NCBI GenBank assembly: GCA_018001935.1
Contig: JAGNHB010000017.1
Location: forward strand, 784 to 64,783
DNA: 64,000 bases
From: Acidobacteriota bacterium
GTDB lineage: Bacteria > Acidobacteriota > JAAYUB01
Direction of reading: 5' to 3'
Positions 12,157 through 22,290 of this stretch are shown piece after piece; position 1 is the stretch's first letter; each line of letters starts with the position of its first letter. The notes beneath the pieces were generated by a model that worked only from the letters and a program-made list of their open reading frames with translations, had not been told where the DNA came from and did no database searches. The position numbers and the translations under genes are program-made.

Positions 12157-15090
12157 ATGAGGGAGACCGCCGGGCCCGCCACCCTGGTCGACGTCCTGCG
12201 GCATCACGCCCGGATGCAGCCCGAAAGGGCGGCGGTGGTCTTCCCCGGCGCCGACGGGGCCCCGGAAACGACCCTGACCTACGCCGAACTGGACCGCCGA
12301 GCACGCGCCGCCGCCGCCGCCCTGCAGGCCCGGGTCAGTCCCGGCGATCGCGCGCTGTTGCCGCTCGAGTCGGAAGAGGGCTTCCTGACGGCCTTCCTGG
12401 GTTGCCTTTACGCCGGGGTCGTCGCCGTGCCGACCGCGCTGGAGGCCTCCCGCGACGCGGCCGGCCCCCGGCTGCGCGCCATTCTCCAGGACGCCACGGT
12501 CAGCCTCGTGGCGGCCACGGAAACGGCACGGCGGCACCTGGCCCCCTGCCTGAAGGACCCGGCCGTCCCGCCGGTCACCTGGCTGTCTCTCGACACCGCG
12601 CCGCCGCCCGGAACCGAGGACGACTGGCAGCCGCCGACCCTGGGCGGCGGCGCCCCGGCCCTGTTGCAGTACACCTCCGGTTCGACCGGGACGCCCCGGG
12701 GGGTCCGGGTCGACCACGACAACCTGTCCTACGACCTGCGGGTCATACGGCAGATCCTGGATTACGACCCGGGTTCCACCCTCGTCAACTGGATGCCCCT
12801 CTTCCATGACGGCGGCCTGATCCTGATGACGCTCGCCGCGCTTTACAGCGGCGCGCGGCTGGTTCTCATCTCCCCGGCGGCCTTCATCCGCGACCCCCTG
12901 GGGTGGTTGCGCCTGGTCTCCCGCTACGGCGCCTGCAGCACGGTCGGCCCGAACTTCGCCTACGACCTGTGCGCCCGCCGGGCCGCGCCCGAACGGTGCC
13001 GGGAGCTGGACCTGCGGTCCCTGCGGTGCGCCATGAACGGCTCGGAGCCCGTCCACGCCGCCACGCTGGAGCGGTTCAGCCGCGCCTTCGCCCCCTGCGG
13101 TTTCCACGCCGACGCCTTCACCCCGAATTACGGCCTGGCGGAGGCCACCATCCTGGTCACGTCCAAAATCCTCTCCGACCCGCCGCTGATCCAAAGCTTC
13201 GACGCCCGGGGCCTGGACGACGGCCGGGTCGTGCCGGTCGCCGCGGGGGCCCCGGACAGCCGGCCGCTGGTGGGCTGCGGAGCGCCCTGCCCGGGGCTGA
13301 CGATCGCCGTCGCCGACCCCGAATCCGGCCGGCGAGCCGCCCCCGACCGGGTCGGCGAAATCTGGGTGGCCGGCCCCGGCGTCGCCCGGGGCTACTGGAA
13401 CCACCCGCGAACCACGGCCCGCGTGTTCGGCGCCGTCCTGGCCGACAGCGGGGAGGGCCCCTTCCTGCGGACCGGCGACCTGGGCTTCCTTCACGACGGC
13501 AACCTGTTCGTCGCCGGCCGGATCAGGGACCTGGTCATCATCCGCGGGCAGAACCACTACCCGCAGGACATCGAGGCCGCGGCCGGCGAGTGCTCCCCCT
13601 GCCTGCGCCCCGGGGGCGGCGCGGCGTTCCCGGTCACCGTGGACGAGGAGGAGCGGCTGGTCGTCCTGCACGAGGTGCGCGCCGAGTGCCGGGAGGGCCT
13701 CGACGGGCCGGGGGTGATCCGGGCGATCCGGCGGCGGCTGGGCGAACGTCTCGGGCTGGCGGCGCACGCCGTCGCCCTCGTGGCGCCGAAGAGCCTTCCG
13801 AAGACCACCAGCGGGAAACTCCAGCGTTTCGCCTGCCGCGAGGCGTTCGAGGCGAATCGCCTGGAAACCTGGGCCGCATGGCGGGAAACGGCGGCGCGGG
13901 AAGAAGAAGAGCCGGGACCGCGCGAAGCGGCTTCCCTGGCGGCGCTCCTGGCTGACCCTCCCCGGCTGGAAACCGCCCTGACCGCCCTGGCGGCCAACGT
14001 GCTGCGCGAACCCGCCCTTCAACCGGGGGACAACTTCTTCCACTCGGGCGGGGATTCCCTCCGGGCCGCCCGGTTCATCCTGGCGGTGGAGGATGGGCTC
14101 GGGGTCCGGGTCGCGGCGGCCTTCCTCGAAAATCCCACCGTCGCCCACCTGGTCCGCCGGGTCACCCGGCCGCCCGGGCCGGGCGAGGGGCCGTCGACCG
14201 GGCCGGTACCGGGGGAGGACGGCGGCCCGCCGCTGGGTCGCCCGCCGCATCCTGCCCGGAAGGCCAGGTGGTGGACCCGGGGGCCGGTCTGCGGCGGCCG
14301 GAACCTGCCGTACGGGCCGGGTTTCTTTCTCCAGCGGGTGTGGCTGGGCGTACCCGGGATGCGGCGGCTCCTCTTTCGCCCCGGTATCGCCGCCGTCCGG
14401 CGATGGAGCGAACTGGTCGGCGAAGAGAGCCCCTCCCGGGCCGTCCGTCAAAGCCTGCTCACCAACACCTGGATCCACTGGCGGAACCGGGTCCTGGCCG
14501 CGCCGCCGGCGGCATCGCCCTGGCTGCGGCTGCAGGGTGACCTGGCCGGTCTGTGGCCAGGAGGCGGGAGCGTGGGCACGATCCTGCTCCTGCTTCACAG
14601 CCCGCTCAGCGGGCTCTTCCGGCGCTGCCTCGCGGCGGAGGGCCGCCGCTTCGTGCTCATCCGCGGCGAGGACGAAGAGAAGTCGACCCAGGCACAGAAC
14701 CGCTCGATGCAGGTCTACCTCGCCCACACGGCCTTGCGGGACGGGGGCGCCGTGGTGATCTACGGGGACGGCGGCAAGGGCCGGCAGGGCGTCACCGTCC
14801 CCTTTTTCGGCGCCCCCCGCACGTTCCGGCCGGGGGCGGGCGAACTGGCGGCGGAGACCGGGGCTTCCGTCGTCCCGGTCTTCGGCGTCCTGGAGGGCAA
14901 CGGCCGGGTGGTCTTCGAGATCTGCCCGCCCCTGGCAGCCGGGGGGGGATCCCCCCACGACCAGGCCCTGTCCCTGACGCGGGGCTATGCCGCGCTCGTG
15001 ACCGAGCGCTGGCCAAGGGTGTACCCCTTCCAGAGCTGGAGCAACCTGGAGCGGCTGCTGTTCCTTCGGGCACGGGACGGCGGCCGCTGA
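12157..15090 (+). CDS. Tri-domain fatty-acyl-AMP ligase (FAAL) - acyl carrier domain - LpxL/LPLAT-family acyltransferase
   Basis: The adenylation domain has YTSGSTGTPRGV and a GDLGFLHDGNLFVAGRIRD core. The phosphopantetheine site is FFHSGGDSLRAARF. The C-terminus reads VIYGDGGKGRQGVTVPFFGAPRTFRPGAGELAAETGASVVPVF, like lauroyl/myristoyl acyltransferases. ATG at 12157 was chosen over the ORF-track start 11953, which overlaps IR-R. Confidence 0.75.
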   Translation: MRETAGPATLVDVLRHHARMQPERAAVVFPGADGAPETTLTYAELDRRARAAAAALQARVSPGDRALLPLESEEGFLTAFLGCLYAGVVAVPTALEASRDAAGPRLRAILQDATVSLVAATETARRHLAPCLKDPAVPPVTWLSLDTAPPPGTEDDWQPPTLGGGAPALLQYTSGSTGTPRGVRVDHDNLSYDLRVIRQILDYDPGSTLVNWMPLFHDGGLILMTLAALYSGARLVLISPAAFIRDPLGWLRLVSRYGACSTVGPNFAYDLCARRAAPERCRELDLRSLRCAMNGSEPVHAATLERFSRAFAPCGFHADAFTPNYGLAEATILVTSKILSDPPLIQSFDARGLDDGRVVPVAAGAPDSRPLVGCGAPCPGLTIAVADPESGRRAAPDRVGEIWVAGPGVARGYWNHPRTTARVFGAVLADSGEGPFLRTGDLGFLHDGNLFVAGRIRDLVIIRGQNHYPQDIEAAAGECSPCLRPGGGAAFPVTVDEEERLVVLHEVRAECREGLDGPGVIRAIRRRLGERLGLAAHAVALVAPKSLPKTTSGKLQRFACREAFEANRLETWAAWRETAAREEEEPGPREAASLAALLADPPRLETALTALAANVLREPALQPGDNFFHSGGDSLRAARFILAVEDGLGVRVAAAFLENPTVAHLVRRVTRPPGPGEGPSTGPVPGEDGGPPLGRPPHPARKARWWTRGPVCGGRNLPYGPGFFLQRVWLGVPGMRRLLFRPGIAAVRRWSELVGEESPSRAVRQSLLTNTWIHWRNRVLAAPPAASPWLRLQGDLAGLWPGGGSVGTILLLLHSPLSGLFRRCLAAEGRRFVLIRGEDEEKSTQAQNRSMQVYLAHTALRDGGAVVIYGDGGKGRQGVTVPFFGAPRTFRPGAGELAAETGASVVPVFGVLEGNGRVVFEICPPLAAGGGSPHDQALSLTRGYAALVTERWPRVYPFQSWSNLERLLFLRARDGGR

Positions 15091-15200
15091 TCCCTGTTTC
15101 GTTCCGCCCCGTGTTTTCGGCCCTTGTTCCCACGCCCGCACGCGTTGACGGACCGCTCCGGGCATCGCCCCGAAATCCGGCACGCGACGGCAGAGGCGAA

Positions 15201-17450
15201 TCACACGGTCCCAGCGTCTCCGGGCGTCCCGGCCGATGGTTCCGGGGACGGGCAAAGGGGAAGGCGGACGTGGAAGGTGCTGCCCTTGCCCACGGTGCTC
15301 TCCACCCAGATTTCCCCCCCGTAGTGGTCCACGATCTCCTTGCAGATGGTCAGCCCCAGGCCGGTCCCGGTGGAGGGCGTCCCCGTCAGGGTGTCGCCCA
15401 CCTGGCGGAACTTCTCGAAGATCGTCTCCAGGGACTCCGGGGGGATCCCCGCCCCCGTGTCGCTCACCGCGATGACGAGGGCGTCCTCCCCGTCCCGGCG
15501 GGCCCGCAGTTCGACCACCCCTTTCCGGGTGAACTTGGCGCTGTTGGAGAAGAGATTGGTGATCACCTGGATGAACCGGTCCCGGTCGATGCGGAGGAAG
15601 CCCGAAACGCCGGCGGTCTCGGCCTTGAAGAAGAGGTCCGGGCGGTTGTAGAAGAACCCGTCGCCGATGGACTTCACGCCCAGGAGGAGGTCCGCGGCGG
15701 GGTAGACCTGGTCCTGCCACTCCATCTTCCCCGAGTCGATCTTGGCCAGGTCCAGGACGTTGTTGATCATGCGGGAGAGCCGTTCCACCTCCAGGATGAT
15801 GATGCGGAGGTCCTCGATGATGCGCAGGTGGGACTTCTCGATCCCCGGGTCCGAGCCGCTGAGCCGGAGCGCCTTCGCCACTTTCCGGTAGTCCCGGTCG
15901 ATGATCTTGGCGAAGCCGAGGATGGAGGTGAGCGGGGTGCGCAGCTCGTGGGACACCGACGACAGGAAGTCGGTCTTCATCCGGTCCACCCGGCTGAGCT
16001 GGTCGTAGGCGAGCTGAAGCTCGGCCTGCTGGCGGGTCAGTTCCGCGTTCTTCGCCGCCAGGTCCAGGGTCCGCTCCTCCACCTTCATCTCCAGGGAGCG
16101 GTTGACGACCCGGAGTTCGGCGTTGAAGCGCTCCTGGATCTCCTCGTTGTGGCGCAGGGCCTCGATCAGCCGGGCCCGCGCGGTCTCCTTCTCCGCCTGC
16201 AGCGCGTTGATCTTGTCGGGGATGGCGAAGAAGAGGAAGAAGACCTTCAGCACCGCGCCGACGTAGAGCCCCCCCTCGGTGAAGGAGGTGGAAGGGAGGA
16301 TGCCGAACTTGGAGAGGCCGTAGATGGTGGCGAAGATGAAGAAGGTGCAGAAGGCGACCAGGTAGTACCGGGCGTAGCGGTGCCCGCGGATGCGGCAGAC
16401 GATCCCGATGGCGAAGGCCAGGGTCGGCGAGACGAGGGTGCCGATCCCCGCGAGCCGAACCCCCGCGGGGTAGCCCCAGACGATCCCGGCCAGCGGGATG
16501 AGGACGGCGTAGAGCATCATCACGCGGAAGAGGGCGTTGAGCGTGGTCATCCCGCGGTGGATCCCGAGGAACTCCCGGGTGAAGAAAAACATGGAAAAGA
16601 CGGTGAGGCCGGCCATGACCGGCAGGGCGTAGAGGTTCCACCCGGGGAGCTTCGGCCAGAAATACTGGAAGGCCTGGCCGTTGAGGACCATCTGCAGGAT
16701 GGTGTAGCAGAGGATGTAGAGGGTGAGGAACAGGTAGTTGCGCTCCCGCATGGAGAAGAACACGAAGAGGCTGTAGAGGGCGAAGGCCGCCATGACCCCG
16801 TAGCAGAGCCCCAGCACCACCGACTCCCCGATGACGCCCCGGATGAAGTCGGACGGGTACCACAGGAACAGGGGGAACCAGCTGGAGGAGTCGGTCCGGA
16901 AGCGGAGGAAGACGTGCCGGGTCTGGCCCGGCGGGATGAAGATGCTGGTCACGAAGTTGCGGTTGGCGATGTCCCGGTCGGCGAAGGGGTGGCGGTCGCC
17001 CATGACCCGGACGTCCCACCCCGGGCCCGCCCGGGACACGTAGACCTCGACGTGGTCCAGCAGGGGGTAGGCGATCTCCAGGAGGCGGAGCTTGTCCTTC
17101 TCCGTGGGGTTGTGCATGGCGAAGCGGACCCAGAACACGGACTGCGAGAAACCGAAGGCGGGGAAGCGGGGGCCGCAGGGGCGGAACGCCTTGCGGGTCG
17201 GGTCGCTGGAGACGTCCCCGATGGCCAGCCGGCCCTCCGGGTCCTCCAGGACCTCCATCCAGGGGCCGAGGGCCAGTTCCCGCACCGCGTCCGTCAGGAC
17301 GAGCACCGGGGCCTGCCCCCGGGCGAAGGGCCCCAGCAACAGCACCACCCCGGCCAGCAGGAGGCCCCGCCACGGCGCACGGCGCCGGCCCGCGGGAGGG
17401 GGCCCCGTCCCGACCGGGTCACGGGCGAAGCTGCCGCGGGAGGGGCAGGC
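15201..17450 (-). CDS. 7TMR-DISM (extracellular + 7TM) sensor histidine kinase
   Basis: Signal/TM region, then 7 TM helices, a coiled coil, the H-box FLSSVSHELRTPLTSILGF, and HATPase motifs GLGLTICKEIVDHYGGEIWVES. The start codon is 2 nt downstream of the AOR stop. The 1300-aa track ORF is an over-extension. Confidence 0.8.
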   Translation of the reverse strand, partial: ACPSRGSFARDPVGTGPPPAGRRRAPWRGLLLAGVVLLLGPFARGQAPVLVLTDAVRELALGPWMEVLEDPEGRLAIGDVSSDPTRKAFRPCGPRFPAFGFSQSVFWVRFAMHNPTEKDKLRLLEIAYPLLDHVEVYVSRAGPGWDVRVMGDRHPFADRDIANRNFVTSIFIPPGQTRHVFLRFRTDSSSWFPLFLWYPSDFIRGVIGESVVLGLCYGVMAAFALYSLFVFFSMRERNYLFLTLYILCYTILQMVLNGQAFQYFWPKLPGWNLYALPVMAGLTVFSMFFFTREFLGIHRGMTTLNALFRVMMLYAVLIPLAGIVWGYPAGVRLAGIGTLVSPTLAFAIGIVCRIRGHRYARYYLVAFCTFFIFATIYGLSKFGILPSTSFTEGGLYVGAVLKVFFLFFAIPDKINALQAEKETARARLIEALRHNEEIQERFNAELRVVNRSLEMKVEERTLDLAAKNAELTRQQAELQLAYDQLSRVDRMKTDFLSSVSHELRTPLTSILGFAKIIDRDYRKVAKALRLSGSDPGIEKSHLRIIEDLRIIILEVERLSRMINNVLDLAKIDSGKMEWQDQVYPAADLLLGVKSIGDGFFYNRPDLFFKAETAGVSGFLRIDRDRFIQVITNLFSNSAKFTRKGVVELRARRDGEDALVIAVSDTGAGIPPESLETIFEKFRQVGDTLTGTPSTGTGLGLTICKEIVDHYGGEIWVESTVGKGSTFHVRLPLCPSPEPSAGTPGDAGTV

Positions 17451-17452
17451 CA

Positions 17453-19236
17453 TCAACCGGCCCCCTCCCCCGCGCCCGACACCAGGGCGTCCACCTGCCG
17501 GCGGGCGTGGGCCAGGCCGGCCTCGATGAAGGCCCGGTCGAAGGGCATGGAGGGGTTCTCGAGCTCCAGGGCCCGTCCCGGGAGGACCTGTTCCTCCAGC
17601 CGGAAACCCTCCCGCCGCTTGAAGGCGTGCTTGCACCCCAGGATGGCGCGGCCCCGCGCGAGGATCTCCTCGTCCGTCAGGGAATAGCCCGCCACGGCCA
17701 GGGCTTCCCGGACCACGTCCGCCGGGTAGACGCCCCGGGCGAACAGGCAGATGCAGAGGCTGGTAAGGACCTGCCGCCAGGCTTCCTCCTTCAGGAGGCT
17801 GTCGACGATCTGCTCCGCGGTCATGGGCTGGCCCTTCCGCAGAATGGCGTCGTCGAGGCTGTAGCCGGCGTTGCAGAGGTGGCTGTGCCGCCCCCCGATC
17901 ATCAGGCCGAGCCAGGACCCGGGGCCGGTGGGGTACCCGGGCATCTCGAGCCCGCCGAACGCCATGGCGAAGTCCTTCCCGCCGTAGACGGACGCGGCGT
18001 GGGCGACGCCCCGGGCCAGCGCCCGGTAGAAGTCGTTGGGCTGCCCCACGATGAGGTCCACCGCCTCGACAAAGGTCTTCCAGTCCCCCCAGGCCAGCGG
18101 CAACAGGGTCTGTGCCGGGGTGACGAGCCCCTTCTCCAGCGCCTCGGTGGCCCAGGCCAGGCAGACGCCGGTGGAGATGGAGTCGATCCCGGCCTTCTCC
18201 ACGGCGTCGAAGAGGAGGAGCATCCCCTGGGGGTCGCCGATCCCCAGGTCCGAGCCCAGGGCGTAGATCAGCTCCCAGTCGTACCCCACCATGGTGGTCT
18301 TGTAGAAGTAGGCCTCGTTGGCGTAAGGTTCCCGGACCGCGGCGATGTGGATGCACCCCACGGGACAGTGGGCGCAGGCCAGCCGCCGGCCCAGGTAGTT
18401 CTCCGCCAGCGCCTCCCCCGAGATCCGCCCGGCGTGTTCGAAGGTCCCGGAGAGCAGGTTCCGGGTGGGCATGGCGCCGATGGCCTGCATGGTCATCACG
18501 TTCCCCGCCGTGCCCAGGTTGTGGTACTTCTTCATGACCGGGGACTCCACGGCGGCGTCGTAGATCCGGTCGTAGACCCGGCGGTACGCCGGGCGGTCGG
18601 CGACGGGGATGGAGCACTCCCCCGCGATCACCACGGCCTTGATCTTCTTGCTGCCCAGGACGGCCCCCAGGCCCATCCGCCCGAAGTGCCGGTAGGTTTC
18701 GGAGGTCACCGACCCGAAGGCCACCCGGTTCTCCCCGCCCCGCCCGATGCGCATGATGGAACGCGAGCCCGCGCCCGGCTCCTTCTCCCGGATGATGCTG
18801 CCGGCGGTGAAGAGGCTCCGCATGCCCCAGAGGGTGGTGGCGTCCCGGAAACCGACCTTGCCGCCGTGGATGGCCAGGTAGATCGGCAGGGGGGACGCGC
18901 CCTTGATGACGATGGCCCCGTAACCGGCCATCCGGATCGCGAGGGCGCTGCGGCCGCCCGCGTGGCTCTCCCCCAGGTTGCCCGTCAGGGGCGACTTGAA
19001 CATGGCCACGCTCTTCGAGGCCAGGGGGAACAGCCCCGTGAGGGGGCCCACGGAGAAGATCACGGGCGCCTCGGGGGCGTAGGGGTCCACCCCCTCGGGG
19101 CACTCCTCGCGGAGGAGCCGGATGGCGGCGCCGGCGCCGCCGAACCAGGACGCGAAGAGGTCCGGACGGTCCACCACCTTGTGGCTCTTGCGGCCGACGT
19201 CGATGTAGAGGACGCGGGTGGGATGGGCGGCACTCA
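17453..19236 (-). CDS. Tungsten-containing aldehyde:ferredoxin oxidoreductase (AOR family)
   Basis: MSAAHPTRVLYIDVGRK...GGRSALAIRMAGYGAIVIKG...CPVGCIH, typical of the AOR N-terminal and catalytic domains. RBS and ATG at 19236. Confidence 0.85.
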
Positions 19237-19653
19237 TGGACGCACCTCCGGGGCGGGTTCGGTCTTCTCCAGTTCCAGGACGCCGTGGGGGCAATACTTC
19301 GCGCAGAGCCCGCACTGGATGCAGATCAGCGGTTTGCCCGTCTCGCCGTTCCAGAAGACGGCCCCGATGATGCAGGCCTGGCGGCAGGACCCGCAGCCGA
19401 TGCAGCGGTCCGCCTGCAGCCGGACCCCGCCGGTCGGCTTCTGCGAAAGCGCCCCCACCGGGCAGGCCCGGACGCAGGGGGCGTCCGCGCAGCAGCGGCA
19501 GACGATCACCTTGAAGCCCTTGGACATGCCCCCCGCCGACATGACGCCGATGCAGGAGTTGCTCAGCCCGGCGTCCCCGCCCCGCCGCGAGCAGGCGAAC
19601 ATGCAGAGCTGGCAGCCGACGCAGCGCTGGGAATCGACGACCTTCAGTTTCAT
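19234..19653 (-). CDS. 4Fe-4S ferredoxin (four CxxCxxC(xx)CP clusters), AOR electron partner
   Basis: CVGCQLCMFAC, CRCCADAPCVRACP, CIGCGSCRQAC, CIQCGLCAKYCP. It overlaps the AOR start by 3 nt. Confidence 0.75.
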   Translation of the reverse strand: MKLKVVDSQRCVGCQLCMFACSRRGGDAGLSNSCIGVMSAGGMSKGFKVIVCRCCADAPCVRACPVGALSQKPTGGVRLQADRCIGCGSCRQACIIGAVFWNGETGKPLICIQCGLCAKYCPHGVLELEKTEPAPEVRP

Positions 19654-19711
19654 CAGGCCTCCCTGTTCGTGGCGGCGCCGGTTTCAACCGGCGCGGACGC
19701 CCCCTTTTCAG

Positions 19712-22159
19712 TCACTTTCCACCCTGCCGCGGCTCGATCTTCCAGATGTCCCGGCAGTAGTCCCGGATGGCCCGGTCCGAGGAGAACCGCCCCATCCGCG
19801 CCACGTTGAGCACCGACATCCGGGCCCAGGCGTCCGGGTCGCGGAAGGTGAACGCGGCGCGGTCCTGGCTCTCCACGTAGGACCGGAAATCGGCCAGCAG
19901 CATGTACTCGTCCTGGAACAGGAGGGAGTCCACCAGGGGGCGGAAGATGTTCCGGTCGCCGCCGGAGAAGGCCCCCGACGCGATCGGTTCGACAACGGCG
20001 CGGATGACGGGGTCCGACTCGTAGAGATCGGCCGGGCGGTAACCCGACCGGCGCCGCTCCATCACTTCCGCCGCGGTCAGGCCGAAAAGGAAGAAATTCT
20101 CCTCCCCCACCGCCTCGCGGATCTCGACGTTGGCGCCGTCCAGGGTGCCGATGGTCAGGGCGCCATTGAGCGAGAATTTCATGTTCCCGGTCCCCGAGGC
20201 CTCCTTCCCCGCGGTGGAGATCTGCTCCGACAAATCGGCGGCGGGGTAGATGCACTGGGCGTTCCGGACGTTGAAATCGGGCACGAAGACCACGCGGAGG
20301 AGCCCCTGCGCCTCCGGGTCGTTGTTCACCACCTCCGCCACCGCGTGGGCGAGCCGGATGATGAGCTTGGCCATGTGGTAGGCGGGGGCGGCCTTCCCGC
20401 CGAAGATCACGGTGCGGGGGGTCATGCCCTCCGTCTCTCCCCGGTGGATCCGGTTGTAGAGGTGGATGACGTGCAGAAGGTTCAGGTGCTGGCGCTTGTA
20501 CTCGTGGATCCGTTTCGCCTGGACGTCGAAGAGGGACTCGGGGTCGGTGACGATCCCGGTCCGGGCGGCGATCACGTCCGCCAGGCGCTGCTTGTTCTCC
20601 CGCTTGACGGCCCGCCACCGGGCGAGGAAAGCGGGGTCGGCGGCCAGGGGTTCGAGGGCCCGGAGCCGATCCAGGTCCGTCAGCCACCCGGGGCCCGCCG
20701 CCTCGTCCAGGAGCCGGGCCAGCCTCGGGTTGCACAGGGCCAGGAAGCGGCGGGGGGTGACCCCGTTGGTGACGTTGTGGAACTTGCCCGGCCACAGGTC
20801 GAAGAAGTCCTTCAGGACCGTCTGTTTCAGCAGCTCGGAGTGGAGGGCGGCCACCCCGTTGACGGCGTGGCTCCCCACCACCGCCAGGTTCGCCATGCGC
20901 ACGTAGCGCTCGCCGGTCTCGTCGATCAGGGAGAGCCGGCGGACCCGGTCGAGATCGTTCGGGTCCAGGGCGCGGACGCGGTCCAGAAACTGCCGGTTGA
21001 TCTCGTAGATGATCTCCAGGTGCCGCGGCAGGAGGTTCCCCAGCATCCCCACGGGCCACTTCTCCAGCGCTTCGGGCAGCAGGGTGTGGTTGGTGTAGGC
21101 GAAGAGGCGTTCGGTGATGCCCCAGGCCGGGCCCCACTCCAGGTCGTACTCGTCCACCAGGAGCCGCATCAGCTCCGCCACGGCGATGGCGGGGTGGGTG
21201 TCGTTGAGCTGGGCGGCGAAGCGCTCCGGGAGCCGCTCGAGGTCCGTCTCCTTCACCAGGAAAACGGCGAGGAGGTTCTGCAGGGCGCAGGAGGCGAGGA
21301 AGTACTGCTGCTTGAGGCGGAGTTCGCGCCCCGCCAGGGGTTCGTCGTTGGGGTAGAGCACCTTGGACAGGTTCTCCGAGACCATCTTCTCGTGGACGGC
21401 GCCGTAGTAGTCCCCCACGTTGAAGGCCCGGAAGCTGAAGGACTCCACGGCCTCCGCCTTGAAGAGCCGCATCAGGCTCACCGTGCCCGTCCGGTAGCCC
21501 GGGATCACGACGTCGTAGGCCACCCCCTTGACCACCTGGTCCGGCTTCCAGCGGACCCGGGTGTGCCCGTCCGGGTCGCGGTACCACTCGGTGTGCCCCC
21601 CGAAGCGGACGTCGTAGGCGATTTCCGGGTGGGGCATCTCCCAGACGAAACCGCGGCGGAGCCACTTGTCGGTGAGTTCCTCCTGCCAGCCGGCCCGGAT
21701 GTCCTGGCGGAAGATCCCGAACTCGTACCGGATGCCGTACCCGATGGCCGGCACGCCCAGCGTGGCGGTCGAATCGAGGAAGCAGGAGGCCAGCCGGCCC
21801 AGCCCCCCGTTCCCGAGGCCCGGCTCCTCCTCGCAGGCCAGGACGGCGTCGAAGTCCTTGCCCAGCCCCGCCACCGCCTCCCGCACGACCTCGTAGAGGC
21901 CCAGGTTCACCAGGTTGTTCCCGAGCTGCGGCCCGGCGAGGTACTCCGCGGATAGGTAGGCCAGCATCCGGGGCTCCTCGTGGTAACAGAACTCGACCCC
22001 GGCTTTCCAGTGCCGCATCATGAGGTCCCTCACGGTGTAGGCCACTGCCTGGTAGTAGTCGTTGAGCGTCGCCAGTTCGGGGATGCGCCCCCGCATCGTG
22101 GTGAGATGATCCAGTATGGCCGCCTGAATATCCGCTGCCTTCACCGTGATGTCTTGCAT
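19712..22159 (-). CDS. glgP: Glycogen/alpha-glucan phosphorylase
   Basis: 815 aa. Contains the EASGTGNMKFSLNGALTIGTLDGANVEI pyridoxal-phosphate region and an overall GT35 signature. Confidence 0.9.
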   Translation of the reverse strand: MQDITVKAADIQAAILDHLTTMRGRIPELATLNDYYQAVAYTVRDLMMRHWKAGVEFCYHEEPRMLAYLSAEYLAGPQLGNNLVNLGLYEVVREAVAGLGKDFDAVLACEEEPGLGNGGLGRLASCFLDSTATLGVPAIGYGIRYEFGIFRQDIRAGWQEELTDKWLRRGFVWEMPHPEIAYDVRFGGHTEWYRDPDGHTRVRWKPDQVVKGVAYDVVIPGYRTGTVSLMRLFKAEAVESFSFRAFNVGDYYGAVHEKMVSENLSKVLYPNDEPLAGRELRLKQQYFLASCALQNLLAVFLVKETDLERLPERFAAQLNDTHPAIAVAELMRLLVDEYDLEWGPAWGITERLFAYTNHTLLPEALEKWPVGMLGNLLPRHLEIIYEINRQFLDRVRALDPNDLDRVRRLSLIDETGERYVRMANLAVVGSHAVNGVAALHSELLKQTVLKDFFDLWPGKFHNVTNGVTPRRFLALCNPRLARLLDEAAGPGWLTDLDRLRALEPLAADPAFLARWRAVKRENKQRLADVIAARTGIVTDPESLFDVQAKRIHEYKRQHLNLLHVIHLYNRIHRGETEGMTPRTVIFGGKAAPAYHMAKLIIRLAHAVAEVVNNDPEAQGLLRVVFVPDFNVRNAQCIYPAADLSEQISTAGKEASGTGNMKFSLNGALTIGTLDGANVEIREAVGEENFFLFGLTAAEVMERRRSGYRPADLYESDPVIRAVVEPIASGAFSGGDRNIFRPLVDSLLFQDEYMLLADFRSYVESQDRAAFTFRDPDAWARMSVLNVARMGRFSSDRAIRDYCRDIWKIEPRQGGK

Positions 22160-22290
22160 GGGTTCCTCGCCGGACGGGATTTGAAAAGAACGATTTCAGT
22201 GTCTCACAACCGCCGGGGTTCTTCAACAGCTTTCGCCGCGGCAGGCGCTTGGGCGGCTGCGTTCATGACAGTAAAAGAGGCTTTTATTCA

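Noticed and set aside
11977-17373. Giant ORFs in the track: 1798 aa (11977-17373 -), 1482 aa (17507-21955 +), 1404 aa (35829-40043 +), 1410 aa (40130-44362 +), 914 aa (26073-28817 +), 889 aa (30617-33286 +), 1044 aa (14553-17687 +)
   Set aside because: These are antisense or out-of-frame to clearly recognisable genes (FAAL, histidine kinase, AOR, glgP, rpoB, rpoC, pot genes, flotillin). Their translations are Arg/Pro/Gly-rich low complexity, typical of stop-codon-poor frames in 67% GC DNA.
15201-19103. Single 1300-aa ORF merging the histidine kinase with an upstream frame
   Set aside because: The N-terminal 565 aa are a low-complexity read-through of the AOR gene in another frame. The real kinase starts at MACPSRG (17450), 2 nt after the AOR stop.
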